DNA of 64,000 nt from Myxococcota bacterium (GTDB lineage Bacteria > Myxococcota_A > UBA9160 > UBA4427). Made by a program: the position numbers and the translations under genes. The notes beneath the pieces are model-generated. The model was not told the origin of the DNA and made no database searches. It saw nothing but the letters and a program-made list of their open reading frames with translations. Where the stretch lies: assembly GCA_965250285.1 (NCBI GenBank), contig OZ252299.1, positions 1,280,001 to 1,344,000 of the forward strand. The letters run 5' to 3'. This document shows positions 44,707 through 54,422 of the stretch, piece after piece. How positions within the stretch are numbered: position 1 is the stretch's first letter; every line of letters starts with the position of its first letter.

Positions 44707-45459
44707 GGAGGTCTCCATCGCGTATCCGACGGGCTGCAAGAGAGACCGCTCGATGGAGCATTTCTCCAACGTGCTCGATCGCTCGCACCCGGGGACACTG
44801 GGTCGCTGTGTCATGCGAGCGCAGGACGTCGGGGCGTGCCCGGGGAGGAGCGACGTCGATGACCGAGAAGCGGTTCGACAACTGGCAGTCGGCCCGCATC
44901 GAAGTCAGATCATCGTCGCTGTCGCTCGTTCCCCTGCGGCGGGCACACCCCGGCGTGTTCGTCCCTGCACCGCATTCCAACACTCGATGTATCACGACCA
45001 GCAGAGAATGTGTAAGGCAATTTCAAGCCTTACCCGAGTGTTTTGCGTATGCATCACCGAAGATGCGAAGGCAGAGAGGTGTGCGAAGGAATGGTGTCAT
45101 TCGTGCAAGCAAGTGCACGATCTGGTGTGGCGACACGCGCGCGTGTGGGATCAGCGGACCGGTCTGCGCCCCGCATATGGGAGGTGAGTGGGAACCCGGT
45201 CACCCCATTTCGGGTGGGTGTGGCATGGACCATGTTGAAACACGGTGTGTGTCCGAGACGCGACTTCGGAACGCATGCGTGGGCCGCGCGAGTCCCGCAG
45301 CGCCGACGTCGCGTGATGCGCGCGCTTGCGCTGATGATTCTGACGGAGTCGGGCTCGGGTGGGAGCGGGACGGCGGGAAGACGTGCGCGGTTGTGCGCGT
45401 GCCGAAGCCTGCGCGATCGTTCGTCGCCTCTGGATTCTCGGCGCTCGTCCGGCGCTCGG

Positions 45460-45492
45460 CCGTCTCTCGTCCGTCTCTCGTCCGTCTCTCGT
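45460..45492. repeat. Tandem repeat (CCGTCTCTCGT)x3
   Basis: Three exact 11-bp copies. Confidence 0.85.
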
Positions 45493-45534
45493 CGGCGAGC
45501 TCGTCGAGCCGGCGTGCTGCTGTGCCGCTGTGCG

Positions 45535-46053
45535 CTACGCGAGATCCGGCGTCGGCTGCACGTGCACGGGAATCTCGTCGGGTAGACCACCCAGCGAAAC
45601 GGCGATCTTCGAGAAGCCCATGAAGAGCGCCACGCCCGCGGTCAGCTCGATGACCTGCGCGGGTGAGAAGTGCGATTCGAGGCGTTCGCGAAGCGCGCGA
45701 TGATCGCCCGAGGGTTCGGTGATGAAGGCATCGACCCAGGCGAGCACCGCCTTGTGGCGCGCTTCGAGCCCGGCCTCTTCGTAGCCGTCGTGAATCAGGT
45801 CGACGATCGACTCCTCGAGGCCTTCGGCGCGCGCCCCTTCGAAGCGAATCGCCTTGCAGATCGGGCAGTTCACGGTGCGCGCGTTGCGCAGCCGGGCCAT
45901 CTCCTTCGTGAACTGATCGACCTCGCCGTGGCGCCAGAGCGTGCCGTAGAGGTCGGTGAACGCAGCGAGTAGGGCGGGCTGATGCGCGAGGACGCTGCCC
46001 GCGATCGGATCGTCGGTGTCGACGTCGGGCGGATCGACGCGGGGTTCGATCAT
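45535..46053 (-). CDS. Carboxymuconolactone decarboxylase / AhpD family protein
   Basis: KEMARLRNARTVNCPIC (CxxC), FSPAQVIELT. Confidence 0.85.
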   Translation of the reverse strand: MIEPRVDPPDVDTDDPIAGSVLAHQPALLAAFTDLYGTLWRHGEVDQFTKEMARLRNARTVNCPICKAIRFEGARAEGLEESIVDLIHDGYEEAGLEARHKAVLAWVDAFITEPSGDHRALRERLESHFSPAQVIELTAGVALFMGFSKIAVSLGGLPDEIPVHVQPTPDLA

Positions 46054-46484
46054 GGCCGGGCTCCTTCGGGCTCGAGGCCGAGCATCGAGCAGAATCGGGT
46101 GAAGCCGTCGAAGATCGCGAGCGCTTCGACGAACGCGATCATCCCCGCATCGCCGAGCGCCTCGACGACCGGCTTTGCGATGGCATCGTCGATGCCGTTC
46201 GGATCGATTGCGAACTGCTCTGCAAAGGCGAGACAGGCGCGTTCGAGGTCGCTGAAGGCGTCGCTCTTCCACCAGGCGTCGAGGGCGTCGATCTGTGCGC
46301 GGTCGAGCACCGGGCCAGTCGAGCCCGGGAGGGCGCGCGTACCGTTCACCTGGGCCAGGCGTCGTCGGCAGAGCGCGTAGATCTCGGGGCGGGCGCCCTC
46401 GGCTTCCCACAGCAGCGCCTCGAAGCGCTGCCACTGCTCGAACAGATTGGGGCGCTTCGAGAAGGCACCGTCGAAGCTCGTCAT
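46050..46484 (-). CDS. CMD/AhpD-like protein lacking CxxC
   Basis: WWKSDAFSDLERACLAFAEQFAIDP; ATGA overlaps with both neighbours. Confidence 0.75.
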   Translation of the reverse strand: MTSFDGAFSKRPNLFEQWQRFEALLWEAEGARPEIYALCRRRLAQVNGTRALPGSTGPVLDRAQIDALDAWWKSDAFSDLERACLAFAEQFAIDPNGIDDAIAKPVVEALGDAGMIAFVEALAIFDGFTRFCSMLGLEPEGARP

Positions 46485-47689
46485 CCGACCACCACGGGTA
46501 CGCGGTGATAGCCGCGCACGGTGCTCGTGTGCACCCACTCGGTCTCGTCCCAGACGACATCCCACTCGGGGAAGCGCTTGAGGGTCTCCTCGATGGCGAT
46601 GCGGCCCTCCATTCGCGCGAGGGAAGCGCCGAGGCAGAAGTGCGTTCCGAAGCCCAGCGCCACGTGGCGATCGATCTTGCGGTCGACGTCGAACCGGTCC
46701 GCGTCGGGATACTCGCGTTCGTCACGGCCGGCCGAGCCGGTCAGCAGCAGCACCCGACTGCCGGGCTCGAGGGTCTCGCCGTGCACCTCGACCGGCCGAT
46801 TCACCCAGCGCGCCTGCACGGGTGAGGGGGCCTCGTAGCGCAGCAGCTCTTCGACGGCGGCCGGGATCTTCTCGGGCGCCGCGACGAGCTTGGCGCGCTC
46901 GCCCGGGTTGCGCGCGAAGAGCACGCCCACCCAGCCGAGCAGCCGAGCCACCGTCTCGTTGCCGGCGCCCGACAACAGGCCGATGAACGCGAGCAGCTCG
47001 GTATCGGTCAGCCGCCGCCGCGCGCCATCTTCGCCCTCGACCTCACCGTTCATCAGCACGGTCATGATGTCGTCGCGCGGCTGCTTTCGGCGCTCGGCGA
47101 CATACTGCGCGAAGTAGCCCCAGAGGTTCGCGCTCACTTCATCGTGGCGCTTGCCCATGTCTTCTTCGCCCTCGTCGCGGTGCAGCAGCGCATCGGTCCA
47201 GTGCCGGATGTCCTCGCGGTCGGCTTCGGGGACGCCGAGCAGCGTGCTGATCACCATCACGGGCAGCTTGTTGCCGAAATCTTCGAGGTAGTCGAAGCGC
47301 TTCTCGCCGACGACGGCGTCGAGATAGCCGGCGGCGATGCGGCGGATCTCGGGCTCGAGCTTCGCGATCTGTCTGGGCGAGAAAGCGCGGCTCACGAGCT
47401 TGCGCAGGTGCGTGTGCTCGGGCCGATCGAGAAAGATCATCATCGGCGAGGTGTTCGCCTCTTCGGTCATCAGCTCGAGCACGGTTCCGTGGGCCGAGCT
47501 GTACGTCGCATCGTCGAGCGATGCCTGCATGACGTCGTCGAAGCGCGAAAGCGCCCAGAAGTCGTACTTGTCGTTGCGGTAGAGCGGGGCCTCGTCGCGC
47601 ATCCGCCGCCACACGGGGTGGGGGTCCGCGTCGATGCCGTAGTCGTACGGGTCGTAGTAGAGGTCGGGCGTGGCGTGGGCTTCGGACAC
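46481..47689 (-). CDS. Cytochrome P450
   Basis: AGNETV, EELLRY, FGTHFCLG heme motif; GTG after AGGAG. Confidence 0.95.
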   Translation of the reverse strand: MSEAHATPDLYYDPYDYGIDADPHPVWRRMRDEAPLYRNDKYDFWALSRFDDVMQASLDDATYSSAHGTVLELMTEEANTSPMMIFLDRPEHTHLRKLVSRAFSPRQIAKLEPEIRRIAAGYLDAVVGEKRFDYLEDFGNKLPVMVISTLLGVPEADREDIRHWTDALLHRDEGEEDMGKRHDEVSANLWGYFAQYVAERRKQPRDDIMTVLMNGEVEGEDGARRRLTDTELLAFIGLLSGAGNETVARLLGWVGVLFARNPGERAKLVAAPEKIPAAVEELLRYEAPSPVQARWVNRPVEVHGETLEPGSRVLLLTGSAGRDEREYPDADRFDVDRKIDRHVALGFGTHFCLGASLARMEGRIAIEETLKRFPEWDVVWDETEWVHTSTVRGYHRVPVVVG

Positions 47690-47831
47690 GAGGGTCTCCT
47701 GGCGATCCGGACGGAGCCCGGACGGCACACGCCCGCTCACCACCGCAGGTGTGCGGGGTCGACGGGCCGTCGCCAGACTAGCTCAATAAACATTGCATGC
47801 GAAATGTAAATGCCGACCGGGCGGATCGGAC

Positions 47832-48953
47832 TCAGCCGCGTCGGCGCCGCGCCATCCCGAGCCCCGTCGCGCCGAGCAGGGCCGCCAGTGCGGCCGCCCC
47901 GGCGCCCGGCAGGACGGGCACGACCGGGGCCCCGCCGACCGAGGTCATGGTGAACTGGGCGGGCGTCGTGTCGAGCGTCAGCCGGAGCGGAAACGCGAGG
48001 AGATCGGCCGTGTCGACGCTGGGCGAGATGCCGCGCACAGAGAAGTGCGTCACCCCGCCGCCCGGCCAGGTCGTGAAGTCGACCGAGTCGCCCGGACCGA
48101 ACTGGCCGACCAGGTCCCCTTCGACCCACACGTCGAATGGGGCATCGAAGCCGGTCGGGAAGTCGTCGATCGCCGTGAACCGCGCCCCGCCGCTCGCTTC
48201 GTAGTCGAAGCCGTCGGCGATCGGCGGATCGATCCAGCACGCGACCGTGCAGGGCGTGTCGAAGAACCATCGCTCGGCGCCGCCCGCCAGCGTCGTCGTC
48301 GCGATCGGCAGCACGGGTGCGTCGAGCGTGCCGAGCACGTCGATGCGATCGATCGTCATCGCGAGCGTGCTGCCGTCGGCCCCGAGCACCACGCTGTTCG
48401 TCGTCGAGAAGGCGCCCGGATCCGGGGGCGTGACCGGCTGGGCGTCGCTCGCGAAGATGGCAGGGGGCGACGCCGCCTCTTCGTAGAGCGTCAAGACGAG
48501 CGAGAAGGCCGCGGCCGCGCAGGGGGCCGGCCAGCTCTGCAGGTTGAGGTAGTCGACGGCGTAGCGGTCGGCGAAGTTGGAGGCGACGGGATCGTCGTTG
48601 AAGACCTCGACGCCGCCCGCGTTGCCGACCGCGGCCTCGTTCACGTCCGCCGTGACGAAGCGCCACGCGTCGACCGACGCATAGGCGCCCCGGGTGGGGA
48701 GCGGATTCAGATCGAAGACCACGCCCTCGAACTGGTAGTCGAGTCGAAACGACGCACCGACCTGAGCGCTCGGCAGGCAGCCCGCATCGAACACCGCGCC
48801 GCTGCGCTCGGTGATGGTCCCCTGGACCACCCAGTCCTGGGGCGCTGCGCGAGCGACCCAGGGCGCGAGCACGAAGGCGACGCCAGCGAGCAGAGCGGCC
48901 AGGGTGGCGTGCGGCCGCTCGACCGAGCGGTGCGTGGGGATCCGGGTTCTCAT
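47832..48953 (-). CDS. Secreted protein with IPTL/PEP-CTERM-like sorting tail
   Basis: Signal peptide ending VARA; tail VPVLPGAGAAALAALLGATGLGMARRRRG. Confidence 0.8.
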   Translation of the reverse strand: MRTRIPTHRSVERPHATLAALLAGVAFVLAPWVARAAPQDWVVQGTITERSGAVFDAGCLPSAQVGASFRLDYQFEGVVFDLNPLPTRGAYASVDAWRFVTADVNEAAVGNAGGVEVFNDDPVASNFADRYAVDYLNLQSWPAPCAAAAFSLVLTLYEEAASPPAIFASDAQPVTPPDPGAFSTTNSVVLGADGSTLAMTIDRIDVLGTLDAPVLPIATTTLAGGAERWFFDTPCTVACWIDPPIADGFDYEASGGARFTAIDDFPTGFDAPFDVWVEGDLVGQFGPGDSVDFTTWPGGGVTHFSVRGISPSVDTADLLAFPLRLTLDTTPAQFTMTSVGGAPVVPVLPGAGAAALAALLGATGLGMARRRRG

Positions 48954-48974
48954 GCGGGGACGTTCCACTCTGGT

Positions 48975-48998
48975 CTCTCTCACTGACTCTCTCACTGA
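48975..48998. repeat. Tandem repeat (CTCTCTCACTGA)x2
   Basis: Two exact 12-bp copies plus a partial copy, just upstream of the 48953 start. Confidence 0.75.
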
Positions 48999-49359
48999 CT
49001 CACTCGCTCTCTTCGCCGCGCTCTGGCCGAGCCGCACTCGATCGCGCCGCGAAGCTAGGCGCATTCGCGCCCGCGGGTGGATCATTCCCGCTGAATTCGT
49101 GCCCCGGGCGGGGACGTTCCTCTCCCGCCCGAAGCTGGGATGCTGCGACGCTCCGACTGGTTCGCGCGTCGCCGCGCTCGGGTGGACGTCTCGTGAGTGC
49201 ACCGAGAAGGTGGTCGGGTGGCGAAAATCGCGCACGGGCAGGCAGATTCCCGGCAAGCGAGACCGGAAAGGCGTGACGCGCCGATGCGGCGTATTCTGAG
49301 AAACTTGCGCCGTCGGCCCGGACGCCGACGGGCTCGACCGTGACCAAAGGAGCCTCCGC

Positions 49360-50484
49360 GTGTCCCAGAACGATGCCCGTGCCGCTGCCGCCATCCGCGA
49401 GCTGACGTCGCTCCTCGACGAGGCGAACACCCGGTGGGTGAGTGAAGAATGGAACCTCACGACACCCGAAGATCATGCAGACGCGCGCCGCGCGCTGATG
49501 CATATCCTGCAAGGTTCCCTGCTGAGTTACTTCGAGACCGACCCCGCACGACCCGACTTCAGACCCATCGTTTCGCCGTACCGCAAGTTCACCGGCGACA
49601 ACTCAGACGCCCTCTACTACGACGCGCCGGTGTCGTCCGAGTACGAGTACGTCGTGCGCGGCCGACTCGACGGTGCCGTGTACACGTCGTTCACCATCGA
49701 GCTGAACGCAGCCGACGGGGCGATCGCCAACGAGACGGGGGGCGTGCTCAATGACGAGCACTTCGATGTCGACGCCGACGGCCGCTTCGAGATCCGCCTC
49801 GGCGGAGAGAAGGCAGAGCGCAACTGGCTCGAGCTGCCGGTCGGCGCCTCGCGCGTGACGACGCGGCACTACTACGAGGACGTCCGGTGCGGGGCCGCTG
49901 ATCCGACGAACAACCCGCTGCTCACGATCGAGGTCGTGGGCGGGCCCCGTGTCGATGCGCCACCGCCGGTCAGCGACGACACCGTGGCCGAGGGCATCGA
50001 GCGCGTCATCAACTTCGTCCGTTCGCGCACCCTCGACATGCCGCCGATGGCCGACAACGATCCGCCGCCCTTCGTGTCGAAGGTGCCGAATCAGTTCCCG
50101 AAGCCGGTCGTGCCGGGTGACTTCGGCCTGGCTGCGTTCGATGCGCACTACAGCATGGCGCCGTACCTGTGCCCGGAAGGCCACGCGGTCGTGCTGACCG
50201 GTGCGTGGCCTGAGTGCAGGATGGCCAACGTGTGTCTGTGGACCCGTCAGATGCAAACGTTCGACTACGTGAACCGCACGGTGTCACTGAACCGAAAGCA
50301 GACGCAGCTCGAGCCGGACGGCAGCTGGCGCATCGTGATTGCGCACGAGGATCCGGGCGTCGGCAACTGGCTCGAGACCGAAGGGCGCCCGATCGGCATC
50401 GTGTTCTTCCGCTACATGCTCGCGACCGGCGACGTCGCGACGCCGCGGGCCGAAGTCGTTCCGCTCGATCAGCTTCGCGGCTGA
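49360..50484 (+). CDS. DUF1214 domain protein
   Basis: DNSDALYYDA, DGRFEIRLG, DGSWRIVIAHEDPGVGNWLET; RBS AAGGAG. Confidence 0.8.
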   Translation: MSQNDARAAAAIRELTSLLDEANTRWVSEEWNLTTPEDHADARRALMHILQGSLLSYFETDPARPDFRPIVSPYRKFTGDNSDALYYDAPVSSEYEYVVRGRLDGAVYTSFTIELNAADGAIANETGGVLNDEHFDVDADGRFEIRLGGEKAERNWLELPVGASRVTTRHYYEDVRCGAADPTNNPLLTIEVVGGPRVDAPPPVSDDTVAEGIERVINFVRSRTLDMPPMADNDPPPFVSKVPNQFPKPVVPGDFGLAAFDAHYSMAPYLCPEGHAVVLTGAWPECRMANVCLWTRQMQTFDYVNRTVSLNRKQTQLEPDGSWRIVIAHEDPGVGNWLETEGRPIGIVFFRYMLATGDVATPRAEVVPLDQLRG

Positions 50485-50503
50485 TCGGCGCGAGCACAGT
50501 CGG

Positions 50504-51595
50504 TCAAAACGAGCGCGTCTCGCCGACGTCGAAGATCCACGTCGACGCCGCGTCGTAGCCTTGCTCGGCAGCGGCCGCTCGGAAGCGCTTCGGTGGTTCG
50601 TCGAGGGGTTCGTCGCTCAGGTCGAACGTACCGAAGTGCATCCCGATCGCCCGCTGTGCGTCGAGGTCGCGCGCGGCCCGGGCCGCCTCTTCGGGGTTCA
50701 TGTGCGACTCCTGCATCATCGCTCGAGGCGCGTAGGCGCCGATCGGCACCGCCGCCAGGTCGAACGGGCCAAGGACGTCCGCGATGCGGGCGAAGCCGTC
50801 GAAGTAGCCGGTATCGCCCGCAAAGAAGAAGCGACGTTCGTCGCTGATCACCGCCCACGAAGCCCAGAGGCTCCGTCGCTCGTCGCCCAACCCGCGCAGG
50901 CTCCAATGCTGCGCGGGGAGGCAGTACACGGTGACCCCGTCGATCTCGATCGACTCACCCCAGTCGAGCTCGGTCACGTTCTCGATGTCGCGACCGGCGA
51001 GCAGGTGTCCGTTCTCGAGCGGCACGAGAAACCGCGTCTCGGGATTGCGCTCGGCGAGTGCTTCGAGCGTCGGTAGATCGAGGTGGTCGTAGTGGTTGTG
51101 CGAGACGACCACGAAGTCGATGGGCGGGAGATCGGCGAGGGCGATGCCGGGCGGCACGTGACGCTTCGGCCCGGCGAACGCGACCGGGCTCGGGCGGTCG
51201 CTCCAGATGGGGTCGGTGAGGAACGTGAGGTGCCCCATCTGCACCAGGAGCGTCGCGTGGCCGACCCACGTGATGCTCGGCTCGCTATGGGTCGCATTCT
51301 GGCGAAGCCAGCCCCCATCGTTGGTGACGACGGCCGGCTTGCCCGGTCGCGATCGAAATGCGCCGGCGATGCGTCGGAACATGAAGGGAAAGCGGACGCC
51401 GAACGTGCCGTGGGTGAGGCCGCCGACGGGATTCGTGAAGCGGCCTTCCTCGTCCCGCAGCGAGGGGCCGAGCGACGCGGCGCTCGGCCGAGCCGCGGCC
51501 GAAGCACGCGAGGGCTCGGGCATGTGGCCGGCCCCCGCGGCGCCGAGCCCCGCGATGAGGGCGCACGTCAGGATCGCTCGCAGCACCCGGCTCAT
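50504..51595 (-). CDS. MBL-fold metallo-hydrolase (NAPE-PLD / RomA-like), exported
   Basis: TWVGHAT, SHNHYDHLD, PAQHWS, FAGDTGY, GMHFGTF. Confidence 0.92.
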   Translation of the reverse strand: MSRVLRAILTCALIAGLGAAGAGHMPEPSRASAAARPSAASLGPSLRDEEGRFTNPVGGLTHGTFGVRFPFMFRRIAGAFRSRPGKPAVVTNDGGWLRQNATHSEPSITWVGHATLLVQMGHLTFLTDPIWSDRPSPVAFAGPKRHVPPGIALADLPPIDFVVVSHNHYDHLDLPTLEALAERNPETRFLVPLENGHLLAGRDIENVTELDWGESIEIDGVTVYCLPAQHWSLRGLGDERRSLWASWAVISDERRFFFAGDTGYFDGFARIADVLGPFDLAAVPIGAYAPRAMMQESHMNPEEAARAARDLDAQRAIGMHFGTFDLSDEPLDEPPKRFRAAAAEQGYDAASTWIFDVGETRSF

Positions 51596-52479
51596 GCCGT
51601 GGGTTCGTTTTCGAGGCGAGTGAGCCAGTGGTGCGCGTCGAACGTCTCGTCGCCGATGAGATGGCGCCACAGCTTGATTCGGTTGATGAACTCGAGTCGG
51701 CCGGTGTCGAGCTCGAACCACTTTTCGAAGCCGCAAAGGACCTTCTGCACGTCACTCGGGTCGCGGTCGAACATCTCTGCGAAAACGAAGATCGGCTGAG
51801 GCGCGGCCATGTCGTCGGTGAGGTCATCGGTGTTCCAGAGTCGAGTCTGGCGGACGATGGGGTTCATCCGGATCTTCAGCATGAAGCGCGTCTGGTCGCT
51901 GCGATTGATCTCGCCCCCATGCCACACGCCGTGGTGCATGAAGATCAAGGTGCCGGCCGGGCACACGACCTTCTTCTGGCCGGCGACGTTCTGATAGCGG
52001 GCACACGCCATCTCGCTCACGCGGCGGAGATGGGTGCCGGGCACGAAGCGAGTGCCGCCCATCTCGGGGGTGACGGCGTGCGGGTAGTAGAACATCTGGA
52101 CGTCGAAGGCGTGCTCGCGCACGTCGATCGTCGAGTCTTGATGAGTGTGCTGCGAGAGCACGCGCATCCCGGTCTCGACCAGCAGCTTCGACGGCACGCT
52201 GAAGTGCGTACCCTGGTGGTCGTACAGGCAACCCGGACCGACGAGGCTCTCGATCACGCCTTCGACGGCGGGCAGACGCAGGATCTCGCTCACGACCGAG
52301 TCGGGGTAACAGTCGGCCAGCGGCGTGCCGGCGGGGGACGCCTTCGGGACGCCGGCTTCGACCTCGGTGAGAAAACGCTGGTTCAGCTCCTCGGGGACGA
52401 TGGCGTCGAAGCGCAGGAAGCCGCGAGCCACGAACTCGGCCATCTGCAGTGTGTTCAGCAGGTGTGCACGGTCAGCCAT
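51592..52479 (-). CDS. Phytanoyl-CoA dioxygenase family (Fe/2OG) protein
   Basis: HQD (HxD), GGTRFVPGTH, distal WHG. Confidence 0.88.
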   Translation of the reverse strand: MADRAHLLNTLQMAEFVARGFLRFDAIVPEELNQRFLTEVEAGVPKASPAGTPLADCYPDSVVSEILRLPAVEGVIESLVGPGCLYDHQGTHFSVPSKLLVETGMRVLSQHTHQDSTIDVREHAFDVQMFYYPHAVTPEMGGTRFVPGTHLRRVSEMACARYQNVAGQKKVVCPAGTLIFMHHGVWHGGEINRSDQTRFMLKIRMNPIVRQTRLWNTDDLTDDMAAPQPIFVFAEMFDRDPSDVQKVLCGFEKWFELDTGRLEFINRIKLWRHLIGDETFDAHHWLTRLENEPTA

Positions 52480-52783
52480 CGTGATGCGCCTCCTCCGCCT
52501 GCTTCTTCGAGACCTTCACGCGCTTCTCGAAGGCGAACTCGTACTTGAAGTAGGACGTCGTGAACTCGTCCCCGCTCGGCTCGGGTCGGATCGGCGACAT
52601 CTGGAACAGGCGCCAACCGTCGAGCAGAGCATCGAGCCCCGTCTCATAGGGCGGCTCGTCGCTATCGCCCGACATGTGCAGCGTCTCGCCCGTGCCGTCG
52701 TAGCGCGCCCACGCGATCACGTTCGATTCGAGCGAGCTGTCGGCGAGGTAGAGGATCAGCACCTGCTGTCGTTTCGGCATCAC
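52472..52783 (-). CDS. Hypothetical protein
   Basis: Host-like codon usage; overlaps the PhyH start. Confidence 0.75.
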   Translation of the reverse strand: MMPKRQQVLILYLADSSLESNVIAWARYDGTGETLHMSGDSDEPPYETGLDALLDGWRLFQMSPIRPEPSGDEFTTSYFKYEFAFEKRVKVSKKQAEEAHHDG

Positions 52784-52882
52784 CCGATTCTCGCAGACAC
52801 GCCGGGCCCTCGCTTCGCCACGCGATTCGCTATCAATGGGCGCTCACCGACGCATGCATGCGTCCAGCTCGAGATTCGACCG

Positions 52883-53560
52883 ATGCCCAGCTTTCCCGAC
52901 GCCCCCGTTTCGCCCGCGACCTTCATGGAGGAGGTGGTCCCGCGACTCTTCTCCGAAGTGGAACATCCGCCGGAGCTGGCCGAGGTCGATCTCAGCCTCG
53001 GCGTGCAGCTCGACGGCCAGGATGGCGGAGAGTGGGTGATGCACATCGCGGGCGGCGACCTCGAGATCACGCCTGGCTCGCGCGAGGACGCGTCGTTCAC
53101 CGTGGTGCAGACCGTGGAAGATTGGCGGGGCGCACTCTGGGAGGGCCGCGGGGGGGTCGTGGGTGAGGTCGCTTCCTCACTCTTCCGTCAGGCGGGTGCG
53201 GGCGGGCCCGGCCTGCCCGGGCCAGCCGCAGGCGGCGCGCCCGATCCGGCGTTGATGGCTCAGCTAGAGGCGCTGAACGGCCTGATCCGCGTGGTCGTCA
53301 CGGGAGGCTCGGGGGGCGACTGGTCGACGGCCGTCAAGCTCGGGCCCGGTGACATCCCCGATGAGCCGACGACGACGGTCCAGATCAGCGACGCCGACGC
53401 ACGTGCGATGCAGTCGGGCGAGCTCGACGCGATGCAGGCCTTCATCGGTGGCAAGATCCTGGTCGCGGGCGACATGGGGTTGATGATGCAGATGCAGGCG
53501 ATCGCGATGCAGGCCGCTGCCGCCGCCGCGCAAAAGGCGCGGGAAGAGGGCGACGACTGA
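52883..53560 (+). CDS. SCP2 sterol-binding domain protein (two SCP2-like domains)
   Basis: GQDGGEWVMHI...; GELDAMQAFIGGKILVAGDMGLMM. Confidence 0.85.
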   Translation: MPSFPDAPVSPATFMEEVVPRLFSEVEHPPELAEVDLSLGVQLDGQDGGEWVMHIAGGDLEITPGSREDASFTVVQTVEDWRGALWEGRGGVVGEVASSLFRQAGAGGPGLPGPAAGGAPDPALMAQLEALNGLIRVVVTGGSGGDWSTAVKLGPGDIPDEPTTTVQISDADARAMQSGELDAMQAFIGGKILVAGDMGLMMQMQAIAMQAAAAAAQKAREEGDD

Positions 53561-53618
53561 CCTACGCAGCACGTGCTTGTACGCGCCTTCGCGCGCCGGG
53601 GAATTCACCCGAGCGCCT

Positions 53619-53647
53619 TTGCGCCCCCCAACGACCCCTGCTAAAAC
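53619..53647 (+). promoter_or_regulatory. Putative sigma70 promoter of tRNA-Asp
   Basis: TTGCGC-17 nt-TAAAAC with extended -10 TG. Confidence 0.5.
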
Positions 53648-53664
53648 CTGCCTTCCGATCGCGC

Positions 53665-53741
53665 GGGGCGGTAGTTCAATTGGTTAGAGCACTGGCCTGT
53701 CACGCCAGAAGTTGCGGGTTCGAGTCCCGTCCGCCCCGCCA
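53665..53741 (+). tRNA. tRNA-Asp (GTC)
   Basis: GGGGCGG...CCGCCCC-G-CCA; anticodon loop CTGTCAC. Confidence 0.97.
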
Positions 53742-53864
53742 TCATCGGCCCAACTGATCAGCCCTCCGGATCGGCCCACCCGAACAGCTTCGAAGCTCGT
53801 CCCAAACGTCGCAGTCGACGGTGCGGACGGGTCCGCCCAAGCGCGGTCCCGCGGGGTTCTGCGC

Positions 53865-54278
53865 TCATTCGCTCGGCGGCGTCAGCGTGGCGAGGAACTC
53901 CTCGCCCGTGAGTCGCGCGTGATCGCCCGCGAAGTGATACGACGGCGGCTTCTCGTCGACGTAGATCTCCATCGTCAGCTCGAACGCGCCCGGATCGTCG
54001 AACGAGCCGAGCCAGACCGTGTAGTGATCCGGCTCCTTCAGCCGATAGAACAGGTTCGTGCCGCAGCGCGTGCAGAACCCGCGTTCGGCCCAGGGCGACG
54101 AGTCGAAGCGACCGAGCGACGCTTCGTCTTCGAACTGGATCGACGCGACGTTCACGCCCATGCCCGGCCCCCCCGACCAGCCGACACACATGCTGCAGTG
54201 GCAGGCGTGGATCTCCTTCGACACGCCCTCGGCTTCGAATCGAATCGCGCCACAGCGGCAGCCGCCTGAAGTCGACAT
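53865..54278 (-). CDS. GFA family protein
   Basis: GGCRCGAI, CHCSMC, RGFCTRCGT. Confidence 0.9.
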   Translation of the reverse strand: MSTSGGCRCGAIRFEAEGVSKEIHACHCSMCVGWSGGPGMGVNVASIQFEDEASLGRFDSSPWAERGFCTRCGTNLFYRLKEPDHYTVWLGSFDDPGAFELTMEIYVDEKPPSYHFAGDHARLTGEEFLATLTPPSE

Positions 54279-54422
54279 CGTCGCGCCCTCCTGTGCGTCC
54301 GCTCCAAGCGTCGCGCGTGTCGCGGCGACGAGCGACCCGGGCAGGCGGTCGTGCGGACACGGCGTGTCAGCAGTCGGGCACCCGGCGCCTCGCATGCCCG
54401 TCGCCTCGGGCGGCGACGCGCG

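Noticed and set aside
45017..45030. Sigma54 promoter for the PEP-CTERM gene (AGGCTTGAAATTGC on the minus strand)
   Set aside because: GG-GC spacing is 9 nt rather than the required 10.
49225..49310. c-di-GMP-I riboswitch-like words (GGCAA...GAAA...GACGC)
   Set aside because: The required stems could not be formed by eye; an Rfam scan would settle it.
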